Part shown: in pieces, positions 13,071 through 28,905 of the stretch | Numbering within the stretch: position 1 is the first letter of the stretch | How the letters are laid out: each line of letters opens with the position of its first letter | Assembly (NCBI RefSeq): GCF_006345805.1 | Contig: NC_043005.1 | Location: forward strand, 17,856,001 to 17,920,000 | DNA from: Octopus sinensis | Lineage: Eukaryota | Direction of reading: 5' to 3' | DNA: 64,000 nt | Program-made: the position numbers and the translations under genes | Notes under the pieces: generated by a model | What the model was told of the DNA's origin: nothing | Databases searched by the model: none | What the model saw: only the letters and a program-made list of their open reading frames with translations

Positions 13071-13392
13071 CCGGGTTCAGTTCCACTGCGTGGCACCTTG
13101 GGCAAGGGTCTTCTACTATAGTCTCGGGCCGACCAAAGCCTTGTGAGTGGATTTGGTAGACGGAAACTGAAAGAAGCCCGTGGTATATATGTATATATAT
13201 GCGTGTGTGTGTTTGTGCGTCTGTGTTTGTCCCCCTAGCATTGCTTGGCAACCGATGCTGGTGTGTTTATGTCCCCGTTACTTAGCGGTTCGGCAACATA
13301 GACCGATAGAATAAGTCCCGGGGTCGAGTTGCTCGATTAAAGGCGGTACTCGAGCATGGCCGCAGTAAAATGACTGAAACAAGTAAAAGAGA
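13071..13392 (+). mobile_element. S1 SINE, 5'-truncated at the B box
   Basis: GGGTTCAGTTCC, CCTTGGGCAAG core, tail GGCGGTACTCGAGCATGGCCGCAGTAAAATGACTGAAACAAGTAAAAGAGA. Confidence 0.85.
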
Positions 13393-13937
13393 TTGAAAAA
13401 TTATCAAGTTTGTTTTCGAGTACAGTTCTAGTTTTATCTATTTGATCTTTACAATACACTATGTCATGACTTTTACTCTGGAGGATGTTAAATATGAACA
13501 AAGAAAAAATCTCACTGAATACTTCTAACAAAAATAAGAAATCAGGACTTTTAAAGTTTGTAAGAATCCAATTGCTGAATTTATGGTGGTATCATCCCAT
13601 GCTTCAGGATTTTCAATGATGTGCTCGAAAAGGCTGATTATGAAATGATAATTTTCCCTTGTGGTAATAATAAGCCGTGAGGCTGTTGCCTTCGGAAATC
13701 TTTTTTTTAACAATGTTATCTAATGCATTAGCCCTTTTCGGTGTTGGTCTCCCACCGATATAATTAATTATTTTCCATAGAATTCTCCTTTCGAAAAACT
13801 ATTTCTCAAAATATCGTTTATAACACACATTTCACTCATTTCGTAAAAGGCTGTTCTTATATACGAACACACGTGGAAGCGCCGGTGTAAATTGTAAGTC
13901 AATTTCAACAAAACAGAAAGATACAGAAAGTGGGTAT

Positions 13938-14235
13938 CATGCGGTCAGCTCATAGCATGACATGCCACTGAGAGAAAGAGGAAGGGGGTACAAAATATTA
14001 TGAACGACCTTTCCTCCTAGCATCTGTTTTATCAATTCACTAAGAGAGAGAGAGGAAGGAGGGACAAACTAAGAGACAGAGAGGGAGGTCATGCGGGTCT
14101 TCCCACAGCATAGCCACTAAGAGAAAGAGGAAGGGGGAAAAATATTTCAAATGCCCTATCCCCTTAGCATGTCTTTTAAACAAGTCGCTAAGAGTGAGAG
14201 AGAGAGGAAGGAAGGACAAACTGAGACAGAGAGGG
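13938..14235. repeat. degenerate ~150-bp tandem duplication (2 units)
   Basis: CATGCGG...GCCACT(G/A)AGAGAAAGAGGAAGGGGG...GAGAGAGAGGAAGG..GGACAAACT..GAGACAGAGAGGGAG occurs twice. Confidence 0.65.
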
Positions 14236-14434
14236 AGTGTCTAACATGCTGGTCTTGTCAATGCATGACTTCTAAAAGCAGAAGTAGAGTCACTGAGATG
14301 GAAGGGGAGACAAAATACAACTGGACGGATTTTCTTTGAAACAAAGTAACTATTTTATCTAATTTTCCGATCATATGGATAAAAAAATCACAGGGCATGC
14401 AACGCATACCTTGCATACCTGAGAGTGCACGCCC

Positions 14435-14466
<32 letters not shown>

Positions 14467-14470
<4 letters not shown>

Positions 14471-15035
14471 TACTTGGAGAATAAGAAAACGACGCGTTGC
14501 GTTCAATCATATAATAACAAGTTAATAAATAAAACATATGCATACATACATATATGTACATACCTACATCTATATGTATATATACATGCATATATGAGTA
14601 CAGGACACCACAAATAAACGTAGAACACAACGAGAAACGAAAACATACAATCAAACAAGGAAACGGACTTTTTTTTTAACAATGAAAAAAAACAGAGTAC
14701 AAGACAAACAATACACGGAAAATTCCCCTTCATCAGCTTCCCCTGTTTCGACTCAATGCGTGTTTCGAAGGTAAGGGCAGAACACGATCCGGCCGAAGCA
14801 GTCCTTCCTGCAAAATGAATTAAATAAATTTCTTTTGCAGAGGGGTAAAAAAAGTGACAAGAACAGGACGTAAAATGTCTTCAGCAAGCCGATCTTCAGA
14901 ATGCGTTCTAACGAATTTTTCCACCATCTAGGTTTTAAAAAAAAGCCCTTATTGTTGGTTTCCCTGTCCTGTTTTTATTCTTTATGTGAACTATTTTTTT
15001 CTTCATTTGTATTGCTTTTACGTCCTGTTCTTGTG
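14467..15035. repeat. P1 repeat copy
   Basis: Colinear with 7712-8240. Confidence 0.7.
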
Positions 15036-15939
15036 AACTCTGTTTCGGAATTACAGTTTCATTCTTCAGAGTGAAGTGCTTTAGAAATTTAACTTTAAAA
15101 GTAGATTAAGTAGCAGTACTTAAAACTTAGCTCTTGATTAATTTTAAATTAGACATAGAAATTTGTCAGCGAAATCTCTGAGAAAACTTAACTTTCTATC
15201 GAATAAAAAAATAATGCACAAGTTTTTACAAGTATTTTAAAACTTTGAAATTCCTGTATAAATCTCTGAAACTCAACACACTGATGAAGGGAATGAAATT
15301 TCTGAAACAAAGATGTTTATATAAATATGACGTGAATAGCTGCTGAAATAAAAATAAAAATTAAAATATTAAAACTTGATTCAGTTATGTCGTCTTTTAA
15401 AGCATCTTACGAAGGAAAGAAAGCGAGAGAAAAGTGGATATTAAGAGAGAGAGAAGGGGAGCAGGGAGAAAGAGAGGGGAGCAGGAAGAGAGAGAGGGGG
15501 AAGCAGGGAGAGAGAGAGGGGGGAGCAGGGAGAGAGAGATACTTAAAGATATCAAGAGATTTAATTATTCACAAAACGGTGCAGTTGAAAGAAAATGAAC
15601 TGGATATTGTATACTTTACATTTAATTACAAGGGTCTCTCAAGGAAAATATTTTAATTTAGAAACACGTTTCTTGGAAAGGAGGAAAACACGTTTTATGA
15701 CTATTTTCCTCTATTTGGAGAATGACAAATGGTTTAAAACACACGAGCTTCTAAATAGTTTATTATTCTCACTGACTGGCAGTTTGAATAAGACACATAC
15801 ACGGGATAATATCATTTCACAACAAATCAGAAATGCGAAGTAGGCAAGGTCTGTCTGTTGGAATGGTTATAACGTTTGGTTAAAAACTGATCAGTTTCCA
15901 TTTAATTTCTTAGATTCAGATATTGCATTAAGATTCTAA

Positions 15940-16070
15940 ATAAATGTTGACTGTGAAAGGTGTAAATATGTTGATTGTAACGTAATTTGAATGAACTTGA
16001 AGTTAAACCGGCGCTTGTTTTAGAAACTGTGTTCGTTTTTACGACTGGGTGTTTTTCACTCAAACAGACA
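15940..16070 (-). pseudogene. GIY-YIG (Penelope-like) endonuclease remnant
   Basis: CLSEKHPVVK..V....AGLTSSSFKLRYNQHIYTF resembles the YIG-T..FK.RY..H..SF motif of PLE endonucleases. Confidence 0.5.
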
Positions 16071-16364
16071 TCTATTTGGTTGAATATATTTGCAAGTTTG
16101 TGCACTCTGTACCGAAGAAGCACTTATGTATCTGAAGCGGGTCGTGTTATATATCATGACCCACTTCAGATATACAGAGGCTTCTTATTGTACAAAGTTC
16201 TCTGTAGCAGATAGAAAGCGACTTTTATAAAAAAAATTCTGTTTGAAATCTTTTAGTACATAAAAGAGGCAGTGTCAACATTCATTGTCACTGACAAGGA
16301 TGCAAAAGCAGCGAAAATTTTGGAAAGGAAAAAATATAAATAATCATTTTAAATTTTGTCACAA

Positions 16365-18232
<1,868 letters not shown>

Positions 18233-18302
18233 GCGATCTCAAGATCCATGGATGCGGTATACTGTCGAAGGCCTTTTTATAGTCAATCCATGCGGAGCTG
18301 AG

Positions 18303-18383
<81 letters not shown>

Positions 18384-18659
18384 TATTACGCTTGTATGTG
18401 TTTTATGTGTATATATATTACCTGACGGTTTTGATTATGTTTTCAGAACAACTGCTTTCACTCCGGTCACTTGTAGAATATCTGAACACATCGTGCTTCA
18501 CTTTTTATTATTCTAATATTCTGTATACACCCCTTTTAGATATAGCTATCAATAACGATTCATAATATATACTATATTTTTCAATACTTTTACATTACAA
18601 TTCCGAAAATTCGACGAGTGAAGTTATTGTAAATTGTAATCCTGAAATGTCTCAACTTT

Positions 18660-18675
18660 ATTGCACACACACACA

Positions 18676-18761
<86 letters not shown>

Positions 18762-18971
18762 AACACACACACACACACGCACACACACACACACACACAC
18801 ATACACATACACACACACACACGTACACACGCACACACACACTTGTGCGCGCATGCACGCATACATACACACTTAAACATTTACACACATATATATACAA
18901 ATATATATATGTATATATACATGTATATATGTGTGTATATGTATATATATATGTATATTCTTATATGTATG

Positions 18972-19009
<38 letters not shown>

Positions 19010-19112
19010 TATATGAATGTGTGTGTGTGCGTGCGTGTGTATATAACTGTATAAATATCTACACTTAATATTTGTTACATATATACATACATGAATATGT
19101 ATCCTATATACA

Positions 19113-19155
<43 letters not shown>
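18660..19155. repeat. (CA)n / (TA)n compound microsatellite
   Basis: Directly visible. Confidence 0.95.
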
Positions 19156-19178
<23 letters not shown>

Positions 19179-20074
19179 CAAATTGAGATAGGGGTTGTAA
19201 ATGCAACCCTCCATGGGATAACATATATCCAATATACTGCTAGTGAAGTGCCTAACAAAGTTAATACATAAATGTTAAGAATTGCGATGCAATCAATTCA
19301 TTTACTGTATTATACGTATTGTACGTATGAGTGCGCAGATATATATTTAAATATGTATATATGTGTGTGCGAATGTTCCCTGATACAGTATATGAGAGTG
19401 TATTAATATTTATGAGTATATGCGGATGTGCGTGTGAGTTTGTGTGTTAGTGTATAGACACTGCTGCCTATACTGATTTGTCTATAAGCCATGCGATGAC
19501 AGACATACACTCTGCAATCTAGTGAATGTGTAGGGATGTGTCGGGTGTATTCATGTGTGTGTGGGTTTTTATGTGGACGTGTGGGCTTAGGGTTGGATGT
19601 GTATGTTTTTCCTGTGCGGTGTAGTGGGGGTCGGGCGGCTCTCAGCGAACCAACCGTGAGTAAGACAATGATAATTTAAATTCAAATCCAATAGTGTATT
19701 TATGTCATAAGGAAAATTACTAACTAGAACCCGGGCATACATATGTGCCACTTTGGATCCTAATGTAAGCGTTATTAATAATATTATGAATGATAATAAT
19801 GGTAGCATTAATGGTATTGACAACGATAATGATGCTAACTTTAATGTCACTTTGGAAATTAGTAGGAAGTAATATAATGTACTATTGACTATGTATATTT
19901 GCATCTAGGTACTAATATGTGTATGCTTATTATCACAATATTAAGTTGAAAAACTGAAACATTGAATGTGGAACATATATATGTTTACTAATTTATATTA
20001 TTTATTTACATCATTATGTATATGTATATTTTTATATGTATAGGAGTGTGAGTATATGCACTCATATGTATATG

Positions 20075-20207
20075 TATATCTCCGAAGAGGCCTTATGATA
20101 TTTTTGTAAATATCTCATTTATATCTATATATTGACCTACCATAAAAGGCTAATATTGGTAAAATGAGACATACTTATCTACATGGCCGAAACAGCTGTA
20201 AGATGTA
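20075..20207 (+). ncRNA. type-I hammerhead motif with 92-nt stem-II insertion and U4C change
   Basis: TATATCT-CCGAAGA-GGCC...GGCC-GAAAC-AGCT-GTA-AGATGTA; 7-bp stem I, palindromic ACAGCTGT, predicted cleavage after 20200. Confidence 0.65.
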
Positions 20208-20557
20208 ATCTATACTTATATTTATATTTACTTATATTTATATTCTCTTTTTTATATATATTCTACTTATTATACAACATTACTCTTTTATGTACACTTT
20301 TTTATGTACATTCCTTTATGTACACTGATTTGTTCTGCTTTTTTATGTTTAACCCTACAGTCTCTTATGTGGTGGTTTAATAAAGTATGTGATTGAGTAT
20401 TATCTGGTAATTGATATTTGATTTAGATGTATTTCTCCATTTTCTTATCTTGTATATATATACATATATACTTTTAAATAAAGCATATTACTCTACCCCT
20501 GGTATTTGAGTACTCTTGTTTCCACCTTGTTTCACATTTATGTGTTTACTCCGGTAT

Positions 20558-20591
<34 letters not shown>

Positions 20592-20612
20592 TTCTACACA
20601 CACACACATACA

Positions 20613-20673
<61 letters not shown>

Positions 20674-20704
20674 AGAAAGAGAGAGGGAGAGAGAGGTAAA
20701 TATG

Positions 20705-20746
<42 letters not shown>

Positions 20747-21500
20747 TGAATAAGAGCCAATCAATATACATAGTATACCTGCCAAATTCTTGACTGATTT
20801 TTTTCAAAATTATTATCATTTCATCTCGAATTGAAATGAAATCATTTTATCATATTGAGAATATATTTTTATAAATAGAATTTATGTTTATCAATGTCCG
20901 AAAAATGTAATAATCGATAAGTCTGGCAAACTTACTTTGCTTCACTCTTTTTGTAATGCTTATATTATTTTTGATCACAGTGCCAGTAAAGTTTTGCAAT
21001 AATATGAGCTCTAATTAGTACCATTCTTCCTAAACTGTCAGAATTAAAGAATTCGTTGCTTTTGAAAAAAAAAAAAGAAGTTCTTTATTTCAGTTTTGAA
21101 TGAATGATGTGACATATATTTTCTGCTGAGTTCAGATCATGAGATTGCCCAGGTCAAAATAGTCGCAATCCCATGATTTTTGAAGAAATATTTTTGATTA
21201 ATTTGGCAAAATGCTGTAGGAATATTTTCTGTTCGGATCATTGTCAATGTGCTGTGAGCAGGAAGAAAATGACAGCTGTTAAACTCCTTGCTTCTTATAT
21301 TGCGCAGGGACGCCATTGTTCTTTTAGGAAAGTTTTCTGCTGTTCCAACACCTTGAGTAATGACTTTGCAACTGCAACAATATGTAACCGTTTTGTATGT
21401 ATGTATGACATTATTCAGTTTTATTTCAACATTTCTTGCCAATAGAGAAAAAGCCGGTATCTAACCTTCATTGGAATTTCAACAACATTAACAGGGTTTG

Positions 21501-22105
21501 TATGTATGTATGTATGTATGTATGTATGTATGTATGTATGTATGTATGTATGTATGTATGTATGTACGTACGTACGTACGTATGTATGTATGTATGTATG
21601 TACGTATGTACGTATGTATGTATGTATGTATGTATGTATGTATGTATGTATGTATGTATGTGTATGTATGTATGTGCGTATGTATGTCTGCGAACAGACT
21701 GTATGTTTTGTTTTATGTATATAGTCTCATGTACATAGTTGTATGTCTAGACATTCTCGTATGTACTTAAATGATAAACTTCTGTAAAGTTTTACTGTGT
21801 TTTACAGTTCCAGCGATGGCTTGAATCAGCTTTTTCCTTTCTGGTTTTGAAAAGCCTAATATCTAAAGATTGCTATTTAGACAGTGTGTTACTTATCCCA
21901 GTGCCCTAATAATTACAAGTATAAAGCTGAACTTGTAATTTGGATAGAATCGCTGTAGATTCCTCAATAGTTCAGCGTAGGTATTCTCTTTCTTCGCTTT
22001 ATATAAAAACATCGACTGGGCAGCTGATTTCCATTACAGTTTCTCTTTTCTATCCCATATTCCTACGTTAGGTCTAATACGCATGTATGTATGTATGTAT
22101 GTATG

Positions 22106-22139
<34 letters not shown>

Positions 22140-23175
22140 TGTATGTATGTATGTATGTTATTTGATTTTATTTTTAGATTTCTTGCTACTGGATCTAATC
22201 TAGATCAAAGTCTCTTTCATTCGAATTTCAACACCAACAGTATAGTTATACTTGCATGCATGAATATGGACATGTCAGACAGTAGATGCCAGATACGAGC
22301 GTTTTGTTTTATGTATGCTTACTTACACGTATAGGCGCATATATGTATATATATGTATGAGCAAAACGCCACCTCCCCGTCCAATGGACGGTACTGAATC
22401 ATATCTGCTGAATAAAAAGCAATCAGTGTTTTCTTTTCATTAAAAAATAATTAAAAATGCCTTTATTTCAATAAAATTTTTGGTTTTGTTAAACGAAGTT
22501 AAGGCAAAAAAAACTTCTTGAGAAACCAAATAGTTTTTCCTTCCTTCATGCCAAGTTTGAAGAAAATATATCCTTTGCATCTTACTTTTTTGGTCTCTTA
22601 AATATACTGCATTTTGTGGCATTATTTCAAGCCAGCATGCTTTTTTGCGCAAACTGCACGTGCATTTTATTATCGATCGCCACAGCTGATGTACTTGCGC
22701 ATACAAATGCACGTTCCCACGGCTTTATCGATCGCATTCTCACCTGGAATCGATTTTTATAATTTTTTTCAAGACTTATCCACGCCCTGATACCGTCGGT
22801 ATCTACATATCAAATTTGAACGCAATCGGATGGAGGATGCCCGAGATCCTAGAAGACACACTCAGACAGACAGAACGGATTTTATATAATAGATGTGTTC
22901 TTTATTTCACTTTCCTTTATTTTCTAGTACTTTTTCTTGAAGGAGGAAGCTGATTTCAAGGAAAGAAAAAAAAAGCGACACCACTGGAATTTGTATAGTA
23001 ATAACAATAATTGATATCTATCGAACTTTAAAAAGTCTTGCATATTCTTACTGTTTGACTTACAAGTTGTATCTACAAACTTTGTGTCAGCCGGTCTCTT
23101 TGCTTGAAAATCCTAGCTTTTCTAGATTATCGTTCAAACATTTACTAAGATAAGCAAGTGCATCTATGTGCGTGC

Positions 23176-23206
<31 letters not shown>

Positions 23207-23240
23207 TGTATGTATGTATGTATGTATGTATGTATGTATG
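21501..23240. repeat. (TATG)n arrays at about 21501-21680, 22084-22157, 23178-23240
   Basis: Directly visible separate arrays. Confidence 0.9.
22360..22893 (-). mobile_element. Helitron/DINE-like non-autonomous element, left boundary uncertain
   Basis: Minus-strand 5' end A^TCTATTATATAAAA followed by TCTGTCTGTCT and CCGATTGCGTTCAAATTTG; perfect hairpin CCGTCCAATGGACGG near 22377; no CTAG end found. Confidence 0.5.
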
Positions 23241-24166
23241 AACTCTCTCATACATTTAAAGCATCCACTAGCAATTTGGAATTTAACTGTCAAAACCCAG
23301 AACCATTTGTCTTTGTTTCTCAAATTAAATAAATTTCTTAACAATAAACTATGTTGCCGAAAGTTGGCAATTTATTACAGTACATATTTCTTCTGTTTTA
23401 GCATCGAAATCATCAATTCTAATCTACATGTTTTCTTCCGTCTATCTGCTTTAACACTCCGCCATAAGATAACAGGAAAGTATTCCAGATAGTATCAGGC
23501 TTTGGGATATAAGATTGGTCAAAGGGTTCAACGAGGATATTGTGGGAGCCGAAGAACCGTAGCGAATAACGAATAGGTGGAGGAGAGATTGGAAGTAGAA
23601 GCACAGTAGAGTAGAAAACGGGACACAACAAGGAAGACCAGATGGGAGAGGAGGAGAGTAGGAGATGAGACAGAGTTTGGATGAAGAGGAGGAGAGAAGA
23701 ATGGGAAGTAAGACAGGGGAGATAAGAAGGAAGAGAAGAGAGGCAGGGCCACGTGTTGACCTGGGTGTTTGTGTGTAGTGGTTTATACATTAAGTGTTTG
23801 ACTTAATCAGAGAAAGAAGTGTCAAAATGTCACACCCATGATCCTTTGGAAGTATCTCTGATATTGGTGGGAAGCGTGGACGAAGTTATTCTCAGAACGG
23901 AGACCGGATTCTTGAAGGCCAGGTAATGGCTTTAATTGGGAACAGCCATTTTGTTAAGCTTCCGCACAGTTACCTTCTTTAAAGTTTTTTTCACATTACT
24001 TGGTCTTCCCGTACCAGAAGATAATTAATTACCTCAGGTGTTGTGCAGTGGGATTGAGCACTAAATCACAATTTTCAAGTGAAGTTTTCTTTCGCATCTA
24101 ATAGAACAGCCATTGACTTAACAATTATACTGTCTAAATACGATCTAGATGACCCGGTACGGTATA

Positions 24167-24398
24167 GGCGGCGAGCTGGCAGAAACGTTAGCACGCCGGG
24201 CGAAATGCGTCGCCGTATTTCGTCTGTCGTTACGTTGTGAGTTCAAATTCCGCCGAGGTCGACTTTGCCTTTCATCCTTTCGGGGTCGATAAATTAAGTA
24301 CCAGTTACGCATTGGGGTCGATGTAATCGACTTAATACCTATGTTTGTCCTTGTTTGTCCCCCTCTGTGTTTAGCCCCTTGTGGGTAATAAAGAAATA
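24167..24398 (+). mobile_element. S2 SINE, full length, TSD GGTATA
   Basis: GGCGGCGAGCTGGCAGAAACG...GAGTTCAAATTCC...AAAGAAATA; GGTATA at 24161-24166 and 24399-24404. Confidence 0.9.
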
Positions 24399-24517
24399 GG
24401 TATATTTGGGAACACCGATACGGTACCGGACGGACTGGTGGAATTTTCTGGGCAAGTTTACGAAACTCGTAAACAGAAGATTTGCAAGTTAGTTCAGATA
24501 TTCCGGCCCATTACTTA

Positions 24518-24680
24518 CGAAGGGGCACCCAAATGAAACCGGAATTTTGCAATATTATTTTTTCCACTTAGGTTTACGTTTACACTTTTATCACTTTCAA
24601 AGTATTCTTCATTTGAAGCAATGCATCGGTCCTGACGCATTTTCCACTATTCGAAGCAATCCTGGAACTCGTATATTTAG
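24518..24680 (-). mobile_element. mariner 3' end remnant
   Basis: Minus strand EFQDCFE*WKMRQDRCIASNEEYFESD; TIR-like CGAAGGGGCACCCAAATGAAACCGG after TA. Confidence 0.7.
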
Positions 24681-25138
24681 TGGTTCTTGGTAGGAAGACT
24701 TCAAACTTGTGCCACAATACATGATTATTCAGTCTCAATTTTGAGTCATATACTTCTCACTCAGTTAGGTGAGATTTCTTTGTCTATTCCGTCTTTGTTT
24801 ATCTTCTACAGGTATCAGCCACGTAGAGACTATCTTTCCATTGTTTTCTTGCAATATATAACTTCATTCTTAGATAAGTTTTAAGTCTTTTGTATTCACA
24901 ATTTCTGTCGGGGTGTTTTGTCTCTCTTCACAACAGTCTGTCACTTCAGTTTCTGTTTTTCTTTTTGTTTCCTGGCTTCGCTGAACACTGAAAACTGTTT
25001 TTACTTCGCCCGGTTTTCCTTTCCTTTTATACGGTGATTTTATACAGAGACTAAATTGTGATGTCTAGAAATTTGTGCTGACGCATGGAGGCTTTTGTTT
25101 TTTGGCTCATACAGGGCATAAGGTAAGCATTTCATATC

Positions 25139-25369
25139 TGCTTCTTTACTACCCACAAGGGGCTAAACACAGAGAGAACAAACAAGGACAGACATAGGTA
25201 TTAAGTCGATTACATCGACTCCAGTGCGTAACTGGTACTTAATTTATCGACCCCGACAGGATGAAAGGCAAAGTCAACCTCGGCGGAATTTGAACTCAGA
25301 ACGTAACGGCAGACGAAATACCGCTAAGCATTTCGGCCGGCGTGCTAACGTTTCTGCCAGCTCGCCGCC
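25139..25369 (-). mobile_element. S2 SINE with 16-bp TSD
   Basis: GTAAGCATTTCATATC at 25123-25138 and 25370-25385. Confidence 0.92.
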
Positions 25370-25451
25370 GTAAGCATTTCATATCATTTAATTACTAACA
25401 ATGTGCTCGTGTATTTCTGCACGAGAAAGAGAGAGAAGGGAGAGAAAGGGA

Positions 25452-25485
<34 letters not shown>

Positions 25486-25649
25486 AGATAGAATGAAAAC
25501 TTGAAAAGAAGAGAGAGTGAGTGAGGGACATCGGGTAAAGTGGAGTGTGGTAGTATGTAGCCTTCAATTATAGCACATGTATTCATGAATTCTTTACCGA
25601 TATTCAGATATTTCAGTGCTAATGTACATATTTTTGCTCATATTTAATA

Positions 25650-26875
<1,226 letters not shown>

Positions 26876-26876
26876 C

Positions 26877-27214
26877 GCGCCCTGGCTCAGTGGTTAGACC
26901 GTCGAGCTTACGATCGCGAGGTTGTGAGCTCGAATCCATCACCGGGCTGCGTGTTGTGTTCTTGAGCAAGACACTCTATTTCACGTTGCTCCAGTTCACT
27001 CAGCTGTAGAAATGAGTTGCGACGTCACAGGTGCCAAGCTGTATCGGCCCCTTTGCCTTTCCCTTGGATAACACTGGTGGCTTGGAAAGGGGAGGACGGT
27101 ATGCATGGGCGACTGCTGGTCTTCCATAAACAACTTTGCCCAGACTTGTGTCTGGGAGGGTAACTTTCTAGGTGCAATCCCACGGTCATTATCGTGACCG
27201 AAGGGGGGCGTCTC
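26877..27214 (+). mobile_element. tRNA-derived CORE-like SINE (family S3)
   Basis: A box TGGCTCAGTGG (26883-26893), B box GAGCTCGAATCC, CORE-like GTGTTCTTGAGCAAGACACT...CACTCAGCTGTAGAAATGAGT. Confidence 0.8.
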
Positions 27215-27295
27215 AGAATATATGTATATATATTTTATGTATATATTATAAATACGTATATATATATATATATATGTGTATGTATATATATATAT

Positions 27296-27362
<67 letters not shown>

Positions 27363-27366
<4 letters not shown>

Positions 27367-27777
27367 CATACATACGCACATACATGCATACATTCTCATG
27401 TCATATATCTGTACTGAACAACACCAAGCCACAAAGTAAAACTACTGACACAGAAACGTAACGCCCACAATAAATACAATTTATACAATTTTAAGATAGT
27501 TCCAACATAAAAATCGATAGAATTACGAAAATAGAAATCAAACAAATAAGATGCGTTAATGTCACGTTGGTGTGCAAAAATTCAAGCATGGCGTTGTTCG
27601 GTCAAACTTTGCAGCAGTGGGGAAACAAAAAAAAAAAAAAAAACAAAAAAAAAAACAATAAAAACCACTGTTTGTTAAAATTGAAGTATGGCTTCGTTAT
27701 TACTCTGCAAATCTCAGAAGATACAGTATAAAATTTTAGAGTGCGCGTACAAATTAAGATCAGCTTTCTTTTCATCT

Positions 27778-27828
<51 letters not shown>

Positions 27829-28246
27829 CATACATACATACGCACATACATGCATACATTCTCATGTCATATATCTGTACTGAACAACACCAAGCCACAA
27901 AGTAAAACTACTGACACAGAAACGTAACGCCCACAATAAATACAATTTATACAATTTTAAGATAGTTCCAACATAAAAATCGATAGAATTACGAAAATAG
28001 AAATCAAACAAATAAAGATGCGTTAATGTCACGTTGGTGTGCAAAAATTCAAGCATGGCGTTGTTCGGTCAAACTTTGCAGCAGTTGGGGAAACAAAAAA
28101 AAAAACAAAAAAACAAAAAAAAAAAACAATAAAAACCACTGTTTGTTAAAATTGAAGTATGGCTTCGTTATTACTCTGCAAATCTCAGAAGATACAGTAT
28201 AAAATTTTAGAGTGCGCGTACAAATTAAGATCAGCTTTCTTTTCAT

Positions 28247-28249
<3 letters not shown>
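27363..28249. repeat. near-perfect ~466-bp tandem duplication bounded by (TA)n
   Basis: Units 27363-27778 and 27829-28249 differ mainly in the poly-A tract. Confidence 0.92.
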
Positions 28250-28289
<40 letters not shown>

Positions 28290-28734
28290 TATGTATATGT
28301 GTGTGTGTGTGTGTGTGTGTCTAGGAAGGACAATATGATGTCCATGAACTCACTTTAGCAAATTTTTTGTTATATAATGTCGTATTCCACAAGATGTACA
28401 CCGGTCGTTGTACCTCAGCCATATCCTCACCTAGTTTCAAAGTTGATGGTTGATGATACTAACTTTAGATTTAGTCGGGAACCGCAAACTGGATAGATTC
28501 CTTGGCTTTTATTGTTGTAATAGTAACGTTCAGTACAACATACAAAAAAAAACTATATATTTCCCTTGACATAGGTCGCGTTTAAACGTGTTGTTAGCCT
28601 GTTCGAAACAAGCAGTTGTCATTTTAGGAATATTCAACTGTTCAAGGTAAGCTTTTTTCTGCAGAAATTATTGCTGCACATGTAACCAACGAAGAATTAA
28701 TCGGGGGACGAGGTGACAACATTAAAAAAAACCC

Positions 28735-28905
28735 ATCAATCTTTGTGGAAAATCGAGGAACCTTAAGGCTGTACTCTGACAATCTGGTGCCACACCAAAT
28801 CAATGATGTCCTTCCCAATAATGTAGTACTCTTAGAATAGTTATCCGTTGCATCTTTCTTACCAGTGATGAGCTGTTCTGCATATCAAAGCTAACTGACG
28901 TGAAT
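28735..28905 (-). pseudogene. TUBA: decayed alpha-tubulin fragment
   Basis: With frameshifts the minus strand reads RQL...AEQLITGKKDATDNYSK..YIIGKDIIDLVWHQI...LQGSSIFH, versus alpha-tubulin [40 protein letters not shown]...LQGFLIFH. Confidence 0.65.

Larger units (their letters stand above)
12462..13900 (-). mobile_element. hAT transposon remnant (ZMYM1-like transposase), interrupted by a MITE and an S1 SINE
   Basis: CAGTGGCG terminus at 12462. Minus-strand segments KRANALDNIVKK-RFPKAT..HIIENPEAWDDTTINSAIGFLQTLK, LEVFSEIF..FNILQSKSHDIVYC and LYNKIISTIVDQIKARYSSLEEFKFMEL resemble hAT transposase C-terminal regions (from memory). Confidence 0.7.

Noticed and set aside
13961-13970. TGCCACTG as the right TIR of the hAT element
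   Set aside because: No 8-bp TSD, only a 7-bp match, and the motif recurs inside a local tandem repeat.
28628-28653. Possible 19-nt microexon (TTTAG|...|GTAAGC)
   Set aside because: No supporting neighbouring exons or recognisable peptide; such splice-like motifs are common.
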